Virus record (IMG/VR): IMGVR_UViG_2841260384_000002
DNA: 19,425 nt
Direction: 5' to 3' (one strand)
Source: an uncultured virus (IMG/VR IMGVR_UViG_2841260384_000002)
Taxonomy: Duplodnaviria > Heunggongvirae > Uroviricota > Caudoviricetes
Below, piece after piece: positions 16,271 to 19,425 of this stretch. Each line of letters opens with the position of its first letter. Position 1 is the stretch's first letter. The position numbers and the translations under genes were made by a program. Under the pieces are notes generated by a model. It worked only from the letters and a program-made list of their open reading frames with translations. It was not told the DNA's origin and searched no databases.

Positions 16271-17884
16271 ATGATTTATCAAACAGGCACAATCGCAACC
16301 ACGGCAGGACAAACAAAAATAAAAGGTACAGGAACGCGCTGGAAAGATAACTTAGCCGGTATCTCCGAAGGCTGTCCAATCTCTTATCTCATCAATAACG
16401 TTGTTTACATGAACACAGTGTTATCCGTGAATTCAGATACAGAGATTAACCTCACTTACCCGGTACCGGTTGCAGCTTCAGCAGCAAAGTATCAGATTGC
16501 GACATTCGTTCTGGACAGCATGAGCGATGGTGTTCGCAAGATGCTAGCGAATCAGCAGTATATCCAGTATTTCCTGCGCAACATGGACGCATGGCTAACG
16601 CAAGATGGCATTGTTGAAGTCAAAACTCCGACAGGGGAAACGGTAAGACTCGAAAGTATTAGAGCTCTAAAATCTCTCATTGATGCCAAATTGGATGACT
16701 CCGCACTCAATGGGTACGCAACAACAGAAAGTGTTAACTCCGCACTCAATGGGTACGCAACAACAGAAAGTGTTAACTCCGCACTCAATGGGTACGCAAC
16801 AACAGAAAGTGTTAACTCCGCACTCAATGGGTACGCAACAACAGAAAGTGTTAACTCCGCACTTAATGATAAGTTTGATAAAAAAGGTGGCGCTATATCT
16901 GGGGCTATTGATGTCGGTGGAAACATCACATCAAAAAATGATGTAATTCAAGTTACAAATGAAAGAACAGGAAACAACATCCAGTTAGATACAACGGTAG
17001 CTGGAAGATTAAGAATAAATACCAAACCAAACGGAGGGACGTGGTTAAACCATCTTCTACCAGCAGCTAGTGGAACGCTAATGCAAGTTGGTGATTATGG
17101 GGTTGGGGCCACTTACACGCAGCAATTAATTAAAATTACAGATTACAGCAGCGCAGTCAATCAGACATTGGGGTTTATATATAACGATAGTGGGGCAATT
17201 AGTGCACCATCTGCATGGGGCGGTGGTATTCGTTTTGGACGAGATCCAAAAGCATCATCTAGCATATTGTATTCACCAGACTGGAACACAAGACTATTTC
17301 TGTCAGCCGGATTAGCAAATGGGAAAATGTCAGATTGGGTTGAATTTTACTCGACGGGAAATACGACAGTAGATACTCAAGGAAATATCAAAAAAGCCTC
17401 ACCGGTTATAAAGCTTTTTGCTGATAGTATTGATTCTAACGAAGAAGCTGAAGGCGTCGAAATGGAACACCTTGGTATAGGTCATTATCTCATTAAAGGC
17501 GTCATCGGTTTTAATGCTGATGGTGCATGGGGTATTAATAATGGCTTTGTCATTCCTCAAGACCATAATGGTAAAAACATGGTTCTCATTGATTACGAAG
17601 TGAGACCGGATGGCGATATTGAAGTGTTTGTTTTCCACCAACAGAACGCAGATATGCCAGAACGTTTCCAGAACAAGCGCATAAAGTACTTTGATGAAGA
17701 GGGTGCGCCTGTTTACTTTGAAAACTATGAGCCGTGTGATGTTCCAGAATCCCGCTGGATAGATATGCGTGTCGAAATGCCACCTAACTCTATCTACAAT
17801 CAGAAGTTAGCTGAAGCAGAGAGGCTTGCTAAATTAGAAGCGGAGCGAGTGGCGCGAGAAGAGGCTTATACAGCTGCAAGCTAG
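16271..17884 (+). CDS. Side tail fibre / receptor-binding protein (537 aa)
   Basis: ATG 16271 with GGAG RBS. N-terminal anchor MIYQTGTI......IKGTGTRW; GTLMQVGDYGVG; NTTVD..G.IKKASPVIKLF leading into a C-terminal domain of the type seen on enterobacterial siphophage fibres (PCDVPESRWIDMRVEMP). Confidence 0.88.
   Translation: MIYQTGTIATTAGQTKIKGTGTRWKDNLAGISEGCPISYLINNVVYMNTVLSVNSDTEINLTYPVPVAASAAKYQIATFVLDSMSDGVRKMLANQQYIQYFLRNMDAWLTQDGIVEVKTPTGETVRLESIRALKSLIDAKLDDSALNGYATTESVNSALNGYATTESVNSALNGYATTESVNSALNGYATTESVNSALNDKFDKKGGAISGAIDVGGNITSKNDVIQVTNERTGNNIQLDTTVAGRLRINTKPNGGTWLNHLLPAASGTLMQVGDYGVGATYTQQLIKITDYSSAVNQTLGFIYNDSGAISAPSAWGGGIRFGRDPKASSSILYSPDWNTRLFLSAGLANGKMSDWVEFYSTGNTTVDTQGNIKKASPVIKLFADSIDSNEEAEGVEMEHLGIGHYLIKGVIGFNADGAWGINNGFVIPQDHNGKNMVLIDYEVRPDGDIEVFVFHQQNADMPERFQNKRIKYFDEEGAPVYFENYEPCDVPESRWIDMRVEMPPNSIYNQKLAEAERLAKLEAERVAREEAYTAAS
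16698..16863 (+). repeat. Perfect 39-bp tandem repeat, 4 copies plus a partial fifth, encoding SALNGYATTESVN
   Basis: ACTCCGCACTCAATGGGTACGCAACAACAGAAAGTGTTA at 16698, 16737, 16776 and 16815; partial copy at 16854. Confidence 0.97.
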
Positions 17885-18142
17885 ATAGAAAGGTAATAAT
17901 AAATATAGCCATCTAGAGAAGTTAGCGTGTTTAAATTTCATTTATTACTGGAATTGTGGAGACTTCACTAATATAGTTACGCCTAACTACATTACATAAA
18001 TTTAATTTGCTCAATAATAGTTTAAATACAAATAAATATAATATTTGATAAGTTCCACACTTTCTTCATTTACTAACATTAATATATTGATTTTTGTCTT
18101 ACGTATGGTAATTATTGGGTAAATTTCATATAGGAAGCTTTT

Positions 18143-19000
18143 ATGGCAAAGGTACAGTTGCATTTTGATGGAGATATAGCAACAAATCATCAGGTTTCTC
18201 TACGCACTTTGGCTAAATCATTTACCCATCTACAAAACTCCTTGGATCGAGCATATCTCGAAATTCATGATGGGCAATTACGTAAATATGCTCGGATGCA
18301 GCAATCTTATTATGATGCTGTAGAATTACTCGTTCAAGAGCCTAAAGAAGGTGGGTATGTAATTGATTTTCTGACCCAAAACAAAGTAACACAAAAAGTA
18401 ATTGATCGTGTAATGACTGCTATAGATGGAGCTGTTAATGATGCCAAAATTAACGCTAAAAATAATGCAGAGGCGGTAGAGAAGTCCGTTGAAACAAGAA
18501 AGGCGCAACTAGCTAGCGGAGTACTTAAAGAAATTAAATATCAGCAATTACTAGCTGCTCCTGACAAACAACAAGTTAGAAAATATGGTGACCGAGCAAT
18601 CGTTCGTGAAGTGGATCAAATATTATCATTAATTAGAGCTTCTCATGCAGGTGATAGTACCCTTGAGCTTTATTTTGAAGGAACTAAAACTGCTAAGTAT
18701 GAGTTTGATAAGGCAAAAGCCACTGCTTTTCATAAAGTTGTAGCGCAGAAGAATCTTGGAGATCCAGTTGCATTTAAAGTAATTATTTCTAAAATGGACA
18801 GGTATAATAATAGTGCTAAAATACTTAATGTTGAAAATAAATCAATAGCTAATTTGTATTTTACAAACCCTTCAGATTTCCAAGGGGCAGTTCCTTTTTT
18901 TGAATACCAGACAGAAATGGAGTTTATAGGATGTCCTTATATTGAATATGGTGCATTTGATCCAATGTCAGGCGATATTTATTTCATTAGGTTACTGTGA
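18143..19000 (+). CDS. Hypothetical cytoplasmic protein (285 aa), first gene of an AT-rich cargo operon
   Basis: Long ORF with AGGA RBS; AT-rich; stop overlaps the next start (GTGA/TGATG); no family I can name with confidence. Confidence 0.8.
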   Translation: MAKVQLHFDGDIATNHQVSLRTLAKSFTHLQNSLDRAYLEIHDGQLRKYARMQQSYYDAVELLVQEPKEGGYVIDFLTQNKVTQKVIDRVMTAIDGAVNDAKINAKNNAEAVEKSVETRKAQLASGVLKEIKYQQLLAAPDKQQVRKYGDRAIVREVDQILSLIRASHAGDSTLELYFEGTKTAKYEFDKAKATAFHKVVAQKNLGDPVAFKVIISKMDRYNNSAKILNVENKSIANLYFTNPSDFQGAVPFFEYQTEMEFIGCPYIEYGAFDPMSGDIYFIRLL

Positions 19001-19425
19001 TGGAAGAATTAGCTAAGACAGTCCAGCAGAAATATATTGATGAGATTGTATCCAAGTATCCATTACACAGATTAGTTATATTATTTATGTTCATCATATC
19101 AATATATATATATTATGTGGCTGAACATTCTTTATTAAATGGGCTTGGAAATGTTAAAGTAGGAGATTTGTTTGATTTTAAAGATGGGATTATAAGTAAG
19201 ATTTCGCTTTTGCAGTTAATTTTATGTGTTGTCTTGACAGCAGTGAATACTATTTACTTTGAAAAAACTAGTGGGATTGTTTTTGAACGGCTGATAAAAA
19301 GATATGATATAGCGAAGCTTACTCAAGAATTGAAGGCTAAATATGAAAAAGCAAGAACACACAATGAATTAGTAAACTACTATCTTTCTAAAGATATAAC
19401 ATCTGACCTTGATAAAAAAAAATAA
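18997..19425 (+). CDS. Hypothetical membrane protein with two hydrophobic helices (142 aa as read; possibly cut short at an A9 tract)
   Basis: Hydrophobic segments LVILFMFIISIYIYYV and ISLLQLILCVVLTAVNTIYF; coupled to the upstream gene; ends GAT AAAAAAAAA TAA at the window edge. Confidence 0.72.
   Translation: MMEELAKTVQQKYIDEIVSKYPLHRLVILFMFIISIYIYYVAEHSLLNGLGNVKVGDLFDFKDGIISKISLLQLILCVVLTAVNTIYFEKTSGIVFERLIKRYDIAKLTQELKAKYEKARTHNELVNYYLSKDITSDLDKKK

Larger units (their letters stand above)
1..17884. mobile_element. HK97/lambda-like siphovirus prophage, head-neck-tail module (continues beyond the left edge; cargo genes follow on the right)
   Basis: Canonical order portal-protease-capsid-connector-closure-gp10-terminator-tube-G/T-TMP-M-L-K-I-J-fibre once 6951-15713 is re-inverted; many coupled start/stop overlaps. 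Confidence 0.96.

Noticed and set aside
16698..16863. CRISPR array or DGR template/variable repeat
   Set aside because: The units are contiguous with no spacers, in frame within a CDS, and show no adenine-specific differences; no cas or reverse transcriptase gene is present.
17955..18059. Imperfect inverted repeat TGTGGAGACTT … AAGTTCCACA in the spacer before the cargo operon (possible ncRNA or element end)
   Set aside because: It is short, gapped and in very AT-rich DNA; there is no transposase or RT nearby, and it is indistinguishable from chance.
18080..18125. Specific sigma70 promoter for the cargo operon
   Set aside because: Several weak -35/-10-like hexamers occur in AT-rich DNA, but none is convincing enough to assign.

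Overview
This window is the late (virion morphogenesis) region of an HK97/lambda-like siphovirus prophage. The host looks enterobacterial, possibly Morganellaceae such as Providencia, but that is only an impression. It holds the 3' part of the portal, a ClpP-type protease, an HK97-fold capsid, neck genes, tail tube, G/GT chaperones with a -1 slippery site, an AT-rich moron, tape measure, lambda-like M-L-K-I-J tail tip genes, a post-J gene and a side tail fibre with a 39-bp tandem repeat. It ends in an AT-rich two-gene cargo operon. The main anomaly is a precise ~8.76-kb inversion (6951-15713). It cuts both the tape measure gene and the post-J gene and flips M-L-K-I-J against the late operon. 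Re-inverting it restores both ORFs in frame (1098 aa and 338 aa) with no base gained or lost. The junctions share only a 2-bp AA/TT, and no recombinase is encoded in the window. A 289-N gap lies inside J.
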